From NCBI GenBank assembly GCA_030390025.1, contig CM059432.1:70124001-70188000 (forward strand): DNA of 64,000 nucleotides, read 5' to 3'. This document shows, piece after piece, positions 26,001 through 38,440 of the stretch. Both the position numbers and the translations under genes were made by a program. Position 1 is the first letter of the stretch. Each line of letters opens with the position of its first letter. The notes beneath the pieces were generated by a model. The model was given only the letters and a program-made list of their open reading frames with translations. It searched no databases and was not told the DNA's origin. Source of the stretch: Squalus acanthias (Eukaryota).

Positions 26001-26609
26001 GGACTCAGATGAAGACTTCGATGGGGCAGCCTAGAGAAGAACGCTGATGGGTATGCACAATGAAATGCTTGGTGCATTGGCAGGCCTGCCAGAAAGCCTG
26101 AATGCAATGTCAAGGAGCATGGAGGAGTCCAGCTCCAGCCTTGCACAGGGCTTTGGGCAGAGCTTGGAGCCCATCCTTTCCAGCATGGAAGGGGTGGGCA
26201 GATCCATTAACTAGACTGCTGCCACCCATGCTGAGACGGTGTAGTGCGAAGCCGGGCCTACTCAGCCCATAGTTCCTCAAGGTCATCCTTCAACTCCATC
26301 TGCAGGCTCCCCCACTGAAAGTCAGCAGCCAACCACCAGCCATGCTGCAGCCACTATGGTAGCACTGCGTAGGAGCACTAGGACTGGCAAAGGCAAAGGC
26401 ACATGAATGACAGGCACTAAGGGAATGCACAAGGGTGATTAGTTGATTTTTTGATGTAATAGTGGATGGATAGATGTATAAAGTTGGATTGGAATGTTTG
26501 CTTTGTGGTGGCTTTTATTTCAGCATTGTGGCCAAGGCGACGCTGTGATAGTCAGTAGCAGAGGGAAGGTAAGGTGTGGGACTAATGTTGAATGGGGAAT
26601 TCGGGCTGC

Positions 26610-27748
26610 GTTCACTGGTAACAGACGGATGATTCAATCCCAGATATCCCAGCCAGAAAAGGGCTGTCTGTGTTGCCTCCTTCCTTCTACTTCCTCCTCC
26701 TCCTTCTCCTCCACTCCTCTTGTTCCTCCATCTCATCTTCTTCCTCCTCCTCTTATTCCTCCTCCTCCTGCTCCTGAGCTGGTGGCGTATCCCTGTTGGC
26801 AAGGACTGTGCCCTCATGATGGGCAGGTTGTTGAGGCAGACCACCATGAATCGGGACACACGCCTCCAGTGAGTACTGTAAGGCTCCTCCAGTGCAGTCC
26901 AGGAAGCGGAAGCATTGTTTCAGCACCCCAATGGTCTGCTCTATGTTGTTTTGTGTGGCAGCATGGCTCTCGTATGAATGCTGGCCACGTGTGGTTGGGT
27001 TGCGGAGTGGAGTCTTGAGCCAGGTGGTCAAAGAATAGCCCTTGTCACTCAGTAGCCACCCTCTGGTTTGTCTTTGTGGCTCAAAGACTGAGGGAACATC
27101 GAACTGGCGGAGAGTAAAAGCTTCATGACTGCTGCCAGGATACTAGGCATTCACCATCATGATATGTTGAGCATGGTCGCATACTGCACATTCAGCGAGT
27201 GGTAACCTTTGCGGTTGCGGTACATCTCAGCATTTAGATATGGTGCCCGCAAAGCCACGAGTGTGCAGTCGATGGCACCCTGCACCATGGGGAAGTCCAC
27301 TGTCCTGGCAAAGCCATGCTCTAGCTGCTTCTCTCTGGTCAGAGAGATGGCAATGAAGTCCTCTCTCCTGGCATAAAGAGCTTCTATCACCTCTCTTATG
27401 CAGCGGTGGACGGCGAACTGAGATGTTACAGATGTCGCCTGCTCCAGCCTAGAAGGATCCCGACTCAAAGAAATTCAGGCCACGGTCATCTTCACAGCCA
27501 CGGGCAGAGGTGGCAGAGTTCTGTGAGCACCTCCTTTGTAAAGCGCAGATGCCTCACACACTGCTTCTGGCTCAGGTTGAGGTAAGAGAATTGCTCTCAG
27601 AAGACCCTTGGTGGGTAAGGCCTCCTGCTCAGAGCCCTTCTCCCCTCCTCCTGCTCCCTCTGCGAGCAGCTTGTCCTCTTCTTTGCTGCCTCTGCTCCAT
27701 CTCCCTGTCATGCTGTAGGCCAAGGGGGATGACAACTAGAGCACCCAT
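26610..27748 (-). pseudogene. Harbinger (HARBI1-like) DDE transposase, disrupted
   Basis: MGA start at 27748; SQFAVHRCIREV, FPMVQGAIDCT, NRKGYHSLNVQ, IEQTIGVLKQCFRFLD..GGALQYS. Confidence 0.9.
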
Positions 27749-28009
27749 AACTGGGAGCAATGGTCTGACCAGAACCCTTGAAATCAGAAGCAAGGTCTTC
27801 TCCACTTGCAGCACCACTCCCTGTCACCTCACCAACTTTAAATAACTCTAGAAAGCTCCAAACAGTTCAACAAACTTACACAGAGCCAGCAGAAATCAAA
27901 AAGCAAGTTACCCGAAAGTTGTGATGATTCATTTAAATATCGCTGGTGAGGGGGGAGTCCTTCCTGTTGCTGAACGCATGTTCAGCTGTACAACATTAAC
28001 ACAGGGCGT

Positions 28010-28817
28010 TAGTTCCAGCAAACCCCTCTGCGAGGATATTGGTTCCGGTCCTGTTGAGGTACAACCCGTCCGGCCTGTACAGGTCCCACCGCCCCCAGAA
28101 CCGGCCCCAATGCCCCAAGAATATGAAGCCCTCCCTCTTGCACCATCTCTCCAGCCATGCATTCATCTGCTCTATCCTTCTATTTCTATACTCACTCGCG
28201 CGTGGCACTGGGAGTAATCTAGAGATTACTACCTTTGAGGTCCTGCTTTTTAATCTCTTTCCTAGCTTCCTGAAGTCTGCATGCAGGAACTGATCCCTCT
28301 TCCTACCTATGTCGTTGGTACCGATATGGACCACAACCTTTGGCTGTTCACCCTCCCCCCTCAGAATGTTCTGCAGCCATTCGGTGACATCCTTAACCCT
28401 GGCACCAGGGAGACAACAAACCATCCTGGACTCACGCCTGCGTCCACAGAAACGCCTGTCTGCTCCCCTAACTATCGAATCCCCTACTACTATTGCTCTC
28501 CCTATCTTCCTCCTTCCCCCCTGGAGAGCTGAGCCACCTGTGGTGCCGTGGACTTGGCTCTGGCTGTACTCCCCAGAGGAACCATCACCCTCGCCAGTAC
28601 TCAGAACAGAATACTGGTTGGAGAGCGAGATGCACTCAGGGGACTCTTGCACTACCTGCCTGGTCCTTCTCTTCTGTCTGGCGGTCACCCATTCCCTCTC
28701 TGCCTGCACACTCCTTAGCTGCGGGGTGACCAACCCCTGAATCGTGCTATCAACATAGCTTTCAGCCTCGCGGATGCACCACAGTAATGCCAGCTGCTGC
28801 TCAAGCTCCGAAACCCG
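28010..28817 (-). mobile_element. CR1 ORF1 (esterase) fragment, truncated at both ends
   Basis: ORF 27996-28868 is closely similar to 2787-3647 (IVVGDSIVRG, VVHIGTND, DGLYLN). Confidence 0.93.
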
Positions 28818-29292
28818 AATTTTTAGCCCTATATATTTATTAATGCGCCCATTGACAACATCAAACAATCATAAGTCAGGTACACTGTGTGTTCAATATA
28901 GGGTGAAGCCCATTCTATACTGCCCCAACCATGTGCTATAATTCCAGCATCAGTAGGACATCCTCAACTGCATCAATGTGACATTTCTGTTAAGCGCACC
29001 AGACATGCTTGAGCCTGATACTACAGTTAGTGCCAAATTATAGGTAGCTTAGTGCTATGGACCTATACCCGCTGGGAAGTAGATTCAAACTGTCTAAACT
29101 CATTTTATTTTGAATTCTTGCAGCAATCTGAATGTAGATTTTTTTCCCATCAAGCTAAGTTGAACTCAATCCAGGCCTGATATTCAAAGTATTATGTTCC
29201 AATACATTATGGCATCCACTTCAAGTTGCTAAGTACTTAAGAGTGTATTTTTAAAAAGGCTGTTGGAATGTTGGCCTTTATCTCAAGTCATA

Positions 29293-30021
29293 AGGGGAAA
29301 AATTCGGTTGCTTTGCGCCTAAGAGGGCGCTAACGGGGTGCAAAGCAACTAGCGCCTGGGCACGGCGCCACCAACGCCTCCCGCGAAATTCAGCAGGAGG
29401 TTAGCGGAGGCAGTATCCGTTAGCACCCCACGGCGCTGCGCCACCAGTGATGACATCATCGCCGTGCGCAGCGCCCCACTCACGCCCCAGCCACGATCTT
29501 CGGTAGCACCCCCTGACTTACCGCTGGACGCTATGTCCAACAGGGTCAGGGGGGCCTACCTGCGGCCGGGGCAGCGCTAATTAAAGGCGAGGTGCCGGGC
29601 GGCCATTTTTGTTGCTGGCCCCCTGCCAGCACCTGCCCCCGTTGCTGACCCGGCCTCCTGAGCAGCCCCCCCGCTGAGTGCCGGCTGCGCTCCGTGAGCC
29701 CAGCACTCCTCTTGAGTTCCGGGCTCTTTTGCCTGCACTCCCGATCCCTGGTAGCCCAGCTGGGCCCCGGATCGCGTTGCGCAATACCCCTCCCCTTTAA
29801 GAAGGGGGGGAAGGCCTGCAGTACCGTTGCGGAACGTAGCGCCGCGATATTACTTCGCAGCGCCCCAAGAGGGAGGCGGGGCACTTCCAGTAGAGCCCCA
29901 CTTCCCTCTTGGGGCGCTATCGATGAATTTCGGCTGCGGGGGCGCTACTTTTTTCGGGCACTAAAAGTAGTGCCCCGGCGAAGTTAGCGCCCCAAAGTGG
30001 GCAACACTCAATTTTTCCCCC
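29293..30021. mobile_element. Harbinger-type MITE
   Basis: TIRs (A)GGGGAAAAATT / AATTTTTCCCCC; ATA flanks; GC-rich with repeated TTAGCGCC/GGCGCTAA; homologous to 42205-42810. Confidence 0.88.
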
Positions 30022-31298
30022 ATAGAGTCATAGGCACAGAAGGAGGCCATTCGGCCCATCGAGTCCGTATCGGCTTTCTGCAGAGCAATTCAGTCAGTCC
30101 CATTTCCCTGCTCTATCCCCGTAGCCCTGCAAGTTTATTTCCCTCACGTGCCTATCCAGTCTCCCCTTGAAAACATTGAGTGTCTCTGCTTCCACCACTT
30201 CCGTCGGCAGCGAGTTCCAGGTCCTCACCACTCGCTGCGTAAAAAAGTTTTTCCTCACATCCCCCCTGTATCTCTTGCCCAAAACAGTAAATCTGTGTCA
30301 CTAGTCCTTGTACCATCAACTAGTGGGAACAGCCTTTCCCCGTCTAGCCTATCCAAACCCGTCATAACCTTGTACACCTCTATCATAGAAACATAGAAGA
30401 TAGGAGCAGGAGTAGGCCATTCGGCCCCTCGAGCCTGTTCCGCCATTTAATGAGATCATGGCTGATCATCCAAATTCAGTACCCTGTCCCTGCTTTCTCC
30501 CCATATCCCTTGATCCCTTTAGCCTTAAGAAATATATCTCACTCCTTCTTGAATATATTGAATGAATTGGCCTCAACTGCCTTGTGTGGTAGAGAATTCC
30601 ACAGGTTCACCACTCTCTGGGTGAAGAAATTCCTCCTCATCTCAGTCCTAAATGGCTTACCCCTTATCCTTAGACTGTGACCCCTGGTTCTGGACTCCCC
30701 TGCCATCGGGAACATCCTTCCTGCATCTAGTCTGTCTAGTCCTGTTAGAATTTTATAAGTTTCAATGAGATCCCCTCTCATTCTTCTAAACTCTAGCAAA
30801 TATAAGCCTAATCGACCCAATCTCTCTTCATACGTCATTCCTGCCATCCCAGGTATCAGTCTGGTGAATCTTAGCTGCACTCCCTCCATGGCAAGAACAT
30901 CCTTCCTCAGATAAGGCGACCAAAACTGCGCACAATACTCAAGGTGTGGTCTCACCAAGGCCCTGTACAACTGCAGCAAGACATCCTTGCTCCTGTACTC
31001 GAATCCTCTCGCTATGAAGGCCAACATACTATTTGCCTTCTTAACCACCTGCTGCACCTGCATGCTTACCTTCAGCGACTGGTGCACAAGGACACCCAGG
31101 TCTCGTTGCACTTCCCCTTTTCCCAATCTCTTGCTGTTCAGATAATAATCTGCCTTCCTGTTTTTGCCACCAAAGTGGATAACCTCACATTTCACCCCTC
31201 AATAAAATCACCCCTCAATCTCCTTTGCTCTAATGAAATCAAATCCAGCTTCTCCAACCTGTCCTTGTAGCTAAGATCTCCTCTGCACCCTCTCTAGT
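30022..31298 (-). mobile_element. Stacked CR1 3' fragments (30022-30383, 30384-31192, ~31195-31298)
   Basis: ORFs 30094-30282 and 30539-31195 are CR1 ORF2 C-termini, each with its own tail. Confidence 0.9.
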
Positions 31299-34295
31299 GG
31301 CTGGAATGCAAAGGGATGGAAGTTATGTTATATAAAGCTCTGGTTCAACCCCATTTGGAGCACTGCATTCAGTTTTGGGCATCGCAACTCAGGAAGGATA
31401 TATTGGCCTCAGAGAGGGTGCCACGCAGATTCACCAGAATTATACCAGGGTTAAAGGGTTAAATTATGAGGACAGGTTGCATAGATTAGGTTTGTATTCC
31501 CTTGACCATAGGAGATTAAGCAGTGATCTAATTGAGGTTTTTAACATGATTAAAGGAGTTGTTAGGATAGATGGAGAGAAACTATTTCCTTTGGTTTCAG
31601 GAGTCCAGAACAAGGGGGCATAACCTTAAAATTAGAGCTAGGTCATTCAGGGTGATGTCAGGGAGCACTTCATCACACAAGGGGTAGTGGAACTCCCCAA
31701 CCCATATTCACGGCCACTCCCTCGACCTTGCCATCTCTCGTGGCCTCGCTACTCCCATCGTGTGAATCGCAGATATGGCCATCTCTGACCACTTCCTTGT
31801 ATCGCTCTCCAACCACATCCCCCTTCCACCTCCCCCACCCCCCCCCCCACCCCACCCGCCCTACTTCCTTCTGTGTCCGCCCCTGGAAAAAACTCTCTCC
31901 CAACTCGCTTACAACTGCCTTTGGTCCTCCATTCACCATGACATTTCTGCTCAACCACACCCTCATCACCACCTTTGATGCCCTAGTCCCTATTAAGACA
32001 ATTACTCTCTCTTACCCTGGCCATTCCCCCTGGTATGGCCCTCATCTTCACTCCCTTAAGTCCAAGGGACGGAGACTTGAACGGATATGGCAGACAACTG
32101 GATTAGCCATTCATAAAGCACTATCGGGTCCTGCTCTCGACTGCCAAAATTGCTCACTACTCCAGAATCATTCTGGAATGCAAAGATAAACCCCAGCTTC
32201 TATTCTCCACTGCTAACCATCTTCTTAAACCGCTCTCCCCTGTCTCCTCCACCCTCACCTCCGACAAGTGTGAGGAGCTTCTTTGTCTCTAAGATTGAGA
32301 GTTTCCATTCAGCTGCCTCTGCCACTTCCCTTTCTTCCCCTAGCCCACCAGGCCAAACTTCCTCTAAGGTTCCCCCTGTCCTAGCCCTGAACTCCCATCT
32401 TTCTCCAGTTTCTCTCCGATCTCCCCTCATGACCTCTCCGCGCTCATTTTGTCCTTGAGACCCACTTCCTGCTCCCTCGACCTTATTCCCACCAAACTGC
32501 TGACCACCCAACTTCCTTTCCCATGTTAGCTGACATCGTTAATGGTTCTCATTCCTCAGGTACTGTCCGCCTCTCCCTCAAATCTGCCATCATCACCCCT
32601 CTCGTCAAAAAACCAACCTTTGACCCCTCCGTCCTTGCAAACTACCGCCCCATCTCCAACCTCCCTTTCCTCTCCAAAGTCCTTGAACGTGTTGTCACCT
32701 CTCAAATCCATGCCCATCTTTCCCACAATTCCATTTATGAATCCCTCCAATCAGGTTTCCGCCCCTGCCAAAGTACCGAAACGGCTCTCATCAAAGTCAC
32801 AAATGACATCCTTTGTGACTGTGACATAGGTAAACTATCCCTCCTCATCCTTCTTGACTTGTCTACAGCCTCTGACACAGTTGACCACGTCATCCTTCTC
32901 AAACGCCTCTCCATCATCGTCCAGCTGGGTGGGACTGCACTTGCCTGGTTCCATTCTTATCTATCTAATCATAGCCAGAGAATCACCTGCAACAGCTTCT
33001 CTTCCCGCTCCCGCATCATTACTTCTGGTATCTCCCAAGTATCTATCCTTGGCCCCCTCCTATTTCTCATCTACATGCTGCCCCTTGGCGACATCATCCG
33101 AAAACACAGCATCAGTTTCCACAAATATGCTGATGACACCCAGCTCTACCTCACTACCTCTTCTCTCGACCCCTCCACGGTCTCTAAATTGTCAGACTGC
33201 TTGTCCAACATACAGTTCTGGATGAGCAGAAATTTTCTCCAATTAAATATTGGGAAGACCGAAGCCATTGTTTTCGGTCCCCGCCACAAACTCCGTTCCC
33301 CAGCCACTGACTCCATCCCTCTCCCCAACATCTGTCTGAGGCTGAACCACACTGTTCGCAACCTTGGTGTCACATTTTACCCTGAAATGAGCTTACAACC
33401 TCATATCCGCGGCATAACTAAGACTGCCTATTTCCACCTCCGTAACATCGCCTGTCTCCACCCTTGCCTCAGCTCATCTGCTGCTGAAACCCTCATCCAT
33501 GCCTTTGTTACCTCTAGACTTGACTATTCCAACGCACTCCTGGCTGGCCTCCCACATTCCACCCTACGTAAACTTGAGGTCATCCAAAACTCGGCTGCCC
33601 GTGTCCTAACTCTCACCAAGTCCCGTTCGCCCATCACCCCTGTGCTCGCTGACCTGCATTGGCTCCCGGTTAAGCAACGCCTCAATTTCAAAGTTCTCAT
33701 CCTTGTTTTCAAATCCCTCCATGGCTTCACTCCTCCCTATCTCTGTAACCTCCTCCAGCCCCACAACTCCCCGAGATATCTGCGCTCCTCTAATTCTGCC
33801 CTCTTGAGCATCCCTGATTATAATCGCACAACCATTGTGGCCGTGCCTTCTGTTACCTAGGCCCTAAGCTCTGGAATTTCCTGCCTAAACCTCTCCGCCT
33901 CTCTACCTCTCTCTCCTCCTTTAAGATGCTCCTTAAAACCTACCTCTTTGACCAAGCTTTTGGTCACCTACTCTAATTTCTCCTTAAGTGGCTCGGTGTC
34001 AAATTTTTTGTCTTATAATACTCCTGTGAAGCACCTTGGGACGTTTTACTATGTTAAAGGGGCTATATAAATACAAGTTGTTGTTGAAATCTGAAACTCT
34101 CTCACCCAAAAAGCTGTTGAGGCTAGGTCAATTGAAAATTTCAAAACTGAGATTGATAGATTTTTGTTAGGTACGGGTATTAAGGGTTACGGAACCAAGG
34201 CGGGTAAATGGAGTTAAGATACAGATCAGCCATGATCTAATTGAATGGCGGAACAGGCTCGAGGGGCTGAATGGTCTACTCCTGTTCCTATGTTT
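31299..34295 (+). mobile_element. CR1 3' fragment interrupted by an L2 insertion (CR1 parts 31299-31692 and 34087-34295)
   Basis: GLNYEDRLHRLGLYSL...; the CR1 sequence GGGGTAGTGGAA|ATCTGAAACTCTCTC resumes after the L2. Confidence 0.85.
31693..34086 (+). mobile_element. L2 LINE, 5'-truncated, with a long RT ORF
   Basis: ORF 32523-33860: NYRPISNLPFLSKVLE, QSGFR, STETAL, YADDTQLY, SRLDYSNALL, LHWLPV; tail CTATATAAATACAAGTTGTTGTTG. Confidence 0.95.
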
Positions 34296-34299
34296 GTAC

Positions 34300-34575
34300 A
34301 TGCCACACTTCCTTCTCCCCACCATTGGCGGCCGTGCCTTCAGCCATCAAGGACCTAAGCTCAGAAATTCCCTCCCTAAATCTCTCTACCATTCCACCTC
34401 CCTCTGCTCCTTTAAGATGCTTCTTTAAACCGACCTCTTTGGCCAAACTTTTAGTCACCTGTCCTAATACTTCCTTCTTTAGCTCGGTGTCAATTTTTTT
34501 CTTATTATGCTGCTGTGAAGCGCCTTGGAAGGTTTTACAATGAAAGTTTTACTGTATAAATGCAAGTTGTTGTTA
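34300..34575 (+). mobile_element. L2 3' fragment
   Basis: Homologous to 33830-34086, with the same ATAAATGCAAGTTGTTGT tail. Confidence 0.8.
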
Positions 34576-34755
34576 AACAGGGTTCTTAAATTGTGACCTA
34601 ATGAAATGGCAGAACAGGCTCGAGGGGCTGAATGGCCTACTCCTGTTCCTATGCTCCTATGTTGCTTATATGACAGTGATGCATCAAGTAAGTATAATGA
34701 AAGTCATCTGAATCCTGAGATGTGTTGATGACTTGAATCCCACTCCTATGTAATT

Positions 34756-34896
34756 GGGGGGGAAAATTCAGTTGTTTTGCGCCTCCCGTTAGCGCCCCAG
34801 GGCACTAACAGGGCGCAACGCCGTTAACGCCTCCCATGAAATTCAGCGCCCCGGCAAAGTTAGCGCCCAAAGGGGGCGCGACCCAATTTTTCCCCT
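34756..34896. mobile_element. Minimal (~140 bp) Harbinger-type MITE
   Basis: GGGGGGGAAAATTCAGTTG ... CCAATTTTTCCCC; consists only of the two ends of the 29293/42205 family. Confidence 0.85.
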
Positions 34897-35714
34897 TTGA
34901 TCCTTTAATTAATACATTATTAACAATTTAACAGATAGAATTTTTAGATGTTGAAGTGGTAACAATTGACTTGATGTAGCAAATAGAAATTGTGTGCTGT
35001 CCTGAAGTGAGATGACATTTTATTTGGTTCCAGAACCTGCAGAGCCTCATGTGTGTTACAGACACCTGAGTCATGAGCACTCTAGGTATAAATTAGTTAT
35101 GATGGCTGTTTGTATAAATAAAATTAACAACAGGAACTCATCATGGCTAGTGACCTACTTGGTTATTTTGTGGGTACACAGTTCCTGGTGTCTTTAATAT
35201 CCCAATTACCTGACAACACTACCCTTTAAGGCAGCCTACTGTCAGAGACAGTGATATAAATGAAGCAATGTATATGACTTTAGAAGCAGTGCTGTAATAT
35301 AAATGGTGAAGCATACATGCCTTCAGATGCACAGAATACCACCTCAGGAGATAATTTAGCTAAGTGCTACCACCAAGTAAAGAAAATGGTTGCCACTTGC
35401 TGATAAGATTTGTGGCCATGGATACAGGCCAGTAACGTACTTTGGAGATATCTAACCTATACAGACTTTTACAATAATCGGAGAAGATCCATTGCCAGAA
35501 TGGGAAAGTTAAGAATGTTACTTGTTGTAATGTCAGCACAAGGTCACACATGTGTAGTTGTTCCGCAGTGTAAATGGGATGGATTTGGCATTGGTAACTG
35601 GGTGAGATTATGAATCTGCTTCCTTTGAAATTAGTTCTGTAATGTAAATTGAGGATCAGTGAACTATAGAGAATGTACCACCGTGCAGAGAAATACACCT
35701 TGTCAATGCTCAGG

Positions 35715-37145
35715 TGTGTCCACAATTTTACAAAATCATTAGATGTGCAAATTGTGCCAGGCTACTGGAATTCAGCCAATGTAACACCTCTAATCAAAAA
35801 GGGAGAGAAGGATAAATGGGTTGACTATAGACTAATTCGTCTAATATCAGTTTTAGGCAAACTCTTCATAATTCAAGATCATTTAGAGATACCTGGAATA
35901 ATCAAGGACAGTCAGCATGGATTTGTTAAAGCCATGTTATGTTTACAAAATGTAGTTGTGTTTTATTTGTAGAAGTGACCAATTTGATTAACAAATACAA
36001 TGGAGTAGATGTAGTGTATATGGATTTTCAGAAGGTGCTCGATAAGGTGTCTCACAGGAGGCTTATTAAAACAAAATCAGACGTATGGTATAAGAGAAGC
36101 TGCAGCATCATGAATAGACAGTTGGTTGATGGACAGGAAACAAAGAGGTTAGAATTAATGATTGTTGCTGGATTGGAGATGGGCTGAAAGTAGCATACCC
36201 CAAGGGTCAGTCCTAAATCCACTTTTGTTCTCAGTATATTTGGATTATTTGAATTTGGGCGCAGGGAGCACAGTATCAAGCTTTGCTGATGACACAAAAG
36301 TAAGGGGTTTGGGAAAGAGCGAGAAGGACTGTAAAAGACTTCAGGAGGATATAGACAGTTTAGCAGAATGGGCAGAGAGGCAGCAGATGCAATTTAATGT
36401 AGACAGATACCAGATAATTAATTTTGTAAGGAAAAATAACTATAAGATACACTCGATGAACAGAGAAACCTAGGGGTGCTTCTGATAGATAAAGCCATAA
36501 CAAAGGCTAGTAGCATTTTGGGTTTTATAAATAGGGGCATAGAATATCAGAGCAAAGAGATTATAATAAATTTGTACAAAGCAATGCTTAGACCACAGTT
36601 GGAATTCTGTGTGCAGTCCTGGGCATCCCATTATAAAAAAGGACATTAAAGCTATGGAGAGCATATAATGTAGACTCACCAGGATGATACCAGATATGGT
36701 ATTTTGAGGAGAGATGAGATACTGGGATTATTTCCTCTGGAGCAGAGAAGGGTAAAAGGAGATTTAATAAAGGTTTTTAAAATCATGAAGGGTTTTTATA
36801 TGGTGAATAGGCAAAGATTATTTCCTTTGGTTGGCGATTCATTAACAAGGGGTCATCTATTTAAAAATGTCAATAAGAAGAGCAGAGAGTTTCAGGAGAA
36901 ATTTCTTTACACAGTGGATTGTTAGAGCATGGAATGCTTTATCACAGGGAGTGGTTGAGGCAGAGACCATTGCATCTTTTAAGGGAAAGGTGGATAAACG
37001 TTTGAAACAGAGAGAGATACAGGGCTATGGAGAGACAGCATGGCAGTGGAACTAGTTTTTGGATTGCTCTAGCAAAGAACTGGCACAGACACGATGGGAC
37101 AAATGGCCTTCCTCTGTGCTTTAAACTGCTGTGGTCCTATGACCA
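35715..37145 (+). mobile_element. Older, diverged CR1 ORF2 fragment
   Basis: ANVTPLIKKG, SQHGF, VYMDFQK, PQGSVL, FADDTK, RRNFFTQ across several frames. Confidence 0.9.
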
Positions 37146-37629
37146 CAAGAATTCCTTTTCTCCCTCAACTTTCCTTTCTTCGTGCTGTCTATTCAGGCCA
37201 AGCTTGGTATTACCTAACTGTTATCCCTAGATTCAGCTCATCATCTTTCCTACTCTTTCCAACTTTTGTGATGTTATGCATTGTGGATCTTGACTTTTCA
37301 CCTAGGTTACTCAATAAAAGAAAGATATGTTTCATTATATACAAATAAAGGACTGGAGGGCATTAGCAGTAATAGGGAAAGTATGTTTTCTTTTCAAGAT
37401 ATGATTATTGCCCCCCCCCCCCAACAAAAAAAGGGTTAATTGCCCACTGCTAGTAAATGATTCTGTGCTCATCTAACAGAGGATAACCATAAATGACTAC
37501 TTTTCAGGCTATGAGGAAGGAGTTATTAGGGAAGTCTCTGGGTCGTTGTTATATATATAATAAGAGAAAGAAAATATATTAGTCAATTTTCCATGATGTT
37601 TCACACGGGGAGTCAAGACCGAGTGCAGA

Positions 37630-38090
37630 ATTCAGATCAAGCAGCATTAGAGAGTAGGGAGGTAACTGGACCCAAACGGGAAGGGAGAGGGAGAGGGGGA
37701 TGGGGAATGGAAGGGATCAGGAGAAGGGAATGGGAGAGGGGGATAGAGGTGAAAAGTGGAAGGACGGGAGACAGAGATGAAGATGAAGGGAGCAAAAACA
37801 GCAAAATCACCTCAGCGGTGGAGGATGTGGAAAACAATCTCAGCGGAGGTAGGAGGAGCTCGAAGGCCAGAAAAAAGTTTCTTGGTGGTTGGGGGGGGGG
37901 GGGGAGGGGGTTATGGCAACAGTAAGCAATCACAATGTGTGGATGAAGGCAAACTGGGAAACAATCTTAGTGGGTGGGTATGGGCAAGCATTCTCAGCAG
38001 AGGGTAAGGGGCTGAAGCAGATCAGCAAGCGAGGGACCGCCAATTATCCTCATCAGGAGAGGGGGTGGCAAGTAATCTCATGGGGGTGAG
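37630..38090 (-). mobile_element. Probable old L2 remnant
   Basis: Purine-rich + strand typical of antisense L2; only weak similarity. Confidence 0.35.
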
Positions 38091-38337
38091 GGGTGTGTAG
38101 GAAAGAATTTCAGTCGACGGTGCCGGCAAAACATCTCAACAGGGGAGAGTTAATAATATTTCAATAAAAGCTTTATTAATAGTGAAATGTGTTAGCATTT
38201 GTTATTAAAAGATTATTGAGAAGTGTAAATTCGATACATCAGGCATTACCTTTTGCCTGTGGTTCACTCCTGATCGCAAAGTACATTTCACCTACATAAA
38301 AGTCACTGCACTTCATAAAGCAATTTATTGTGCAGAA

Positions 38338-38440
38338 GGTGTCAGCCGTGGCTCAGTGGTAGCACTCTCACTTCTGAGCCAGAAGCTCGTGGGTTCAAGT
38401 CCCACTTCAGAGACTTGAGTTCATAATCCAGGCTGACACT
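38338..38440 (+). mobile_element. DeuSINE tRNA-like head fragment
   Basis: GGTGTCAGCCGTGGCTCAGTGGTAGCACTCTC...GGGTTCAAGTCCCAC (A and B boxes). Confidence 0.8.

Larger units (their letters stand above)
21526..26440 (+). pseudogene. Harbinger Myb/SANT-like DNA-binding gene, split by two LINE insertions
   Basis: RAPRFSDAALVALV...WEHIA...RTWTQCSKKFNDLTR|GT (21526-21768); an exon 2 piece at ~22050; C-terminal part at 26001-26440 ending in the RRSTRTGKGK motif. Confidence 0.8.
21250..28829. mobile_element. Harbinger element with nested retroelement insertions
   Basis: Left TIR-like GGCTAAAAATTGG (21251) and right CCGAATTTTTAGCCC (28815-28829); Myb gene on + and transposase on -. No matching TSD seen. 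Confidence 0.7.

Noticed and set aside
29349..29987. GC-rich ORFs or a CpG-island promoter (also 42300-42771)
   Set aside because: Contained within MITEs; the ORFs reflect high GC content.
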